DNA of 6,282 nucleotides from a virus (Duplodnaviria; Heunggongvirae; Uroviricota; Caudoviricetes): IMG/VR virus record IMGVR_UViG_2778261182_000001; one strand, 5' to 3'. Shown piece by piece: positions 5,999 to 6,282 of this stretch (position 1 is its first letter; each line of letters starts with the position of its first letter). The notes under the pieces were generated by a model. It saw only the letters and a program-made list of their open reading frames with translations, ran no database searches and was not told where the DNA came from. The position numbers and the translations under genes were made by a program.

Positions 5999-6093
5999 TT
6001 TTCATTACCGCCCTTTCGGGCGGCCTCCTGATGATTTGAGGGTGCAGAAATCCCTCCGGTTAAGGATTAAATTTTTAACAGTGCTAAATTTAA

Positions 6094-6282
6094 TTATTCA
6101 GTTCTGGATTTTGTCGCTCTGCGTATCCGCGCTTTTGCGTTACGCTCAATCTGAATTAGCTTTTCTATATTTTTCCGCCTTTCCCGTTCCTCCTGACGCA
6201 ATAGCCTTACATCATCTGCCAGTCTGATTTCTCTTTTCGCCACAGAGAGCATCCAGTCAAACGGCTCCACAACTGCACCGCA
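6094..6282 (-). CDS. 3' end of a CDS whose start lies beyond the right window edge (last 62 codons; basic, coiled-coil-like C-terminus)
   Basis: The only open frame from the window edge on the minus strand: ...VVEPFDWMLSVAKREIRLADDVRLLRQEERERRKNIEKLIQIERNAKARIRRATKSRTE, stop TAA at 6096-6094. Co-oriented with the operon. The internal ATG has no RBS, so the ORF probably continues upstream. Confidence 0.5.
   Translation of the reverse strand, partial: CGAVVEPFDWMLSVAKREIRLADDVRLLRQEERERRKNIEKLIQIERNAKARIRRATKSRTE

Noticed and set aside
4703-6061. Shared 11-mer GAGGGATTTCT at 4703-4713 (plus strand) and 6061-6051 (minus strand) as a possible repeat element
   Set aside because: Several 11-mer matches are expected by chance in 6.3 kb when both strands are considered, and the flanks do not extend the match. 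Both copies sit in otherwise unrelated hairpins.
5889-6227. Plus-strand ORF 5889-6227 (112 aa)
   Set aside because: Antisense to the DUF551 start region and to the partial upstream CDS; no RBS; translation is low-complexity.

Overview
Read right-to-left on the minus strand, this window is one co-oriented block from the nin/Q region of a lambdoid prophage (a Qin/DLP12-like mosaic); no novel multi-gene system is evident, and the most unusual items are a 29-codon membrane-peptide ORF beside an intact hok locus. Gene order on the minus strand is: a partial CDS entering from the right edge, a DUF551 protein, a 29-codon hydrophobic peptide ORF, a complete hok/mok/sok-type type I toxin-antitoxin locus (HokD-like toxin), an 83-aa Rem-like ORF, a 92-aa ORF, a 349-aa YdfU-like protein with a GTG start, RusA resolvase, and a phage-82/QuuD-type Q antiterminator. 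Q is followed directly by a pR'-like promoter and a tR'-like terminator. Downstream of that sits an ORF6N/KilA-N-type gene in the first late-gene (moron) position, then about 1.1 kb of coding-poor DNA with two intrinsic terminators, then a tRNA-Thr(UGU) whose 3' end is cut by the window edge. No plus-strand ORF looks like a real gene; the only plus-strand elements I support are a Sok-like antisense RNA and a weak terminator-like hairpin. All family assignments come from reading the translations and from memory of these families, not from any database search.
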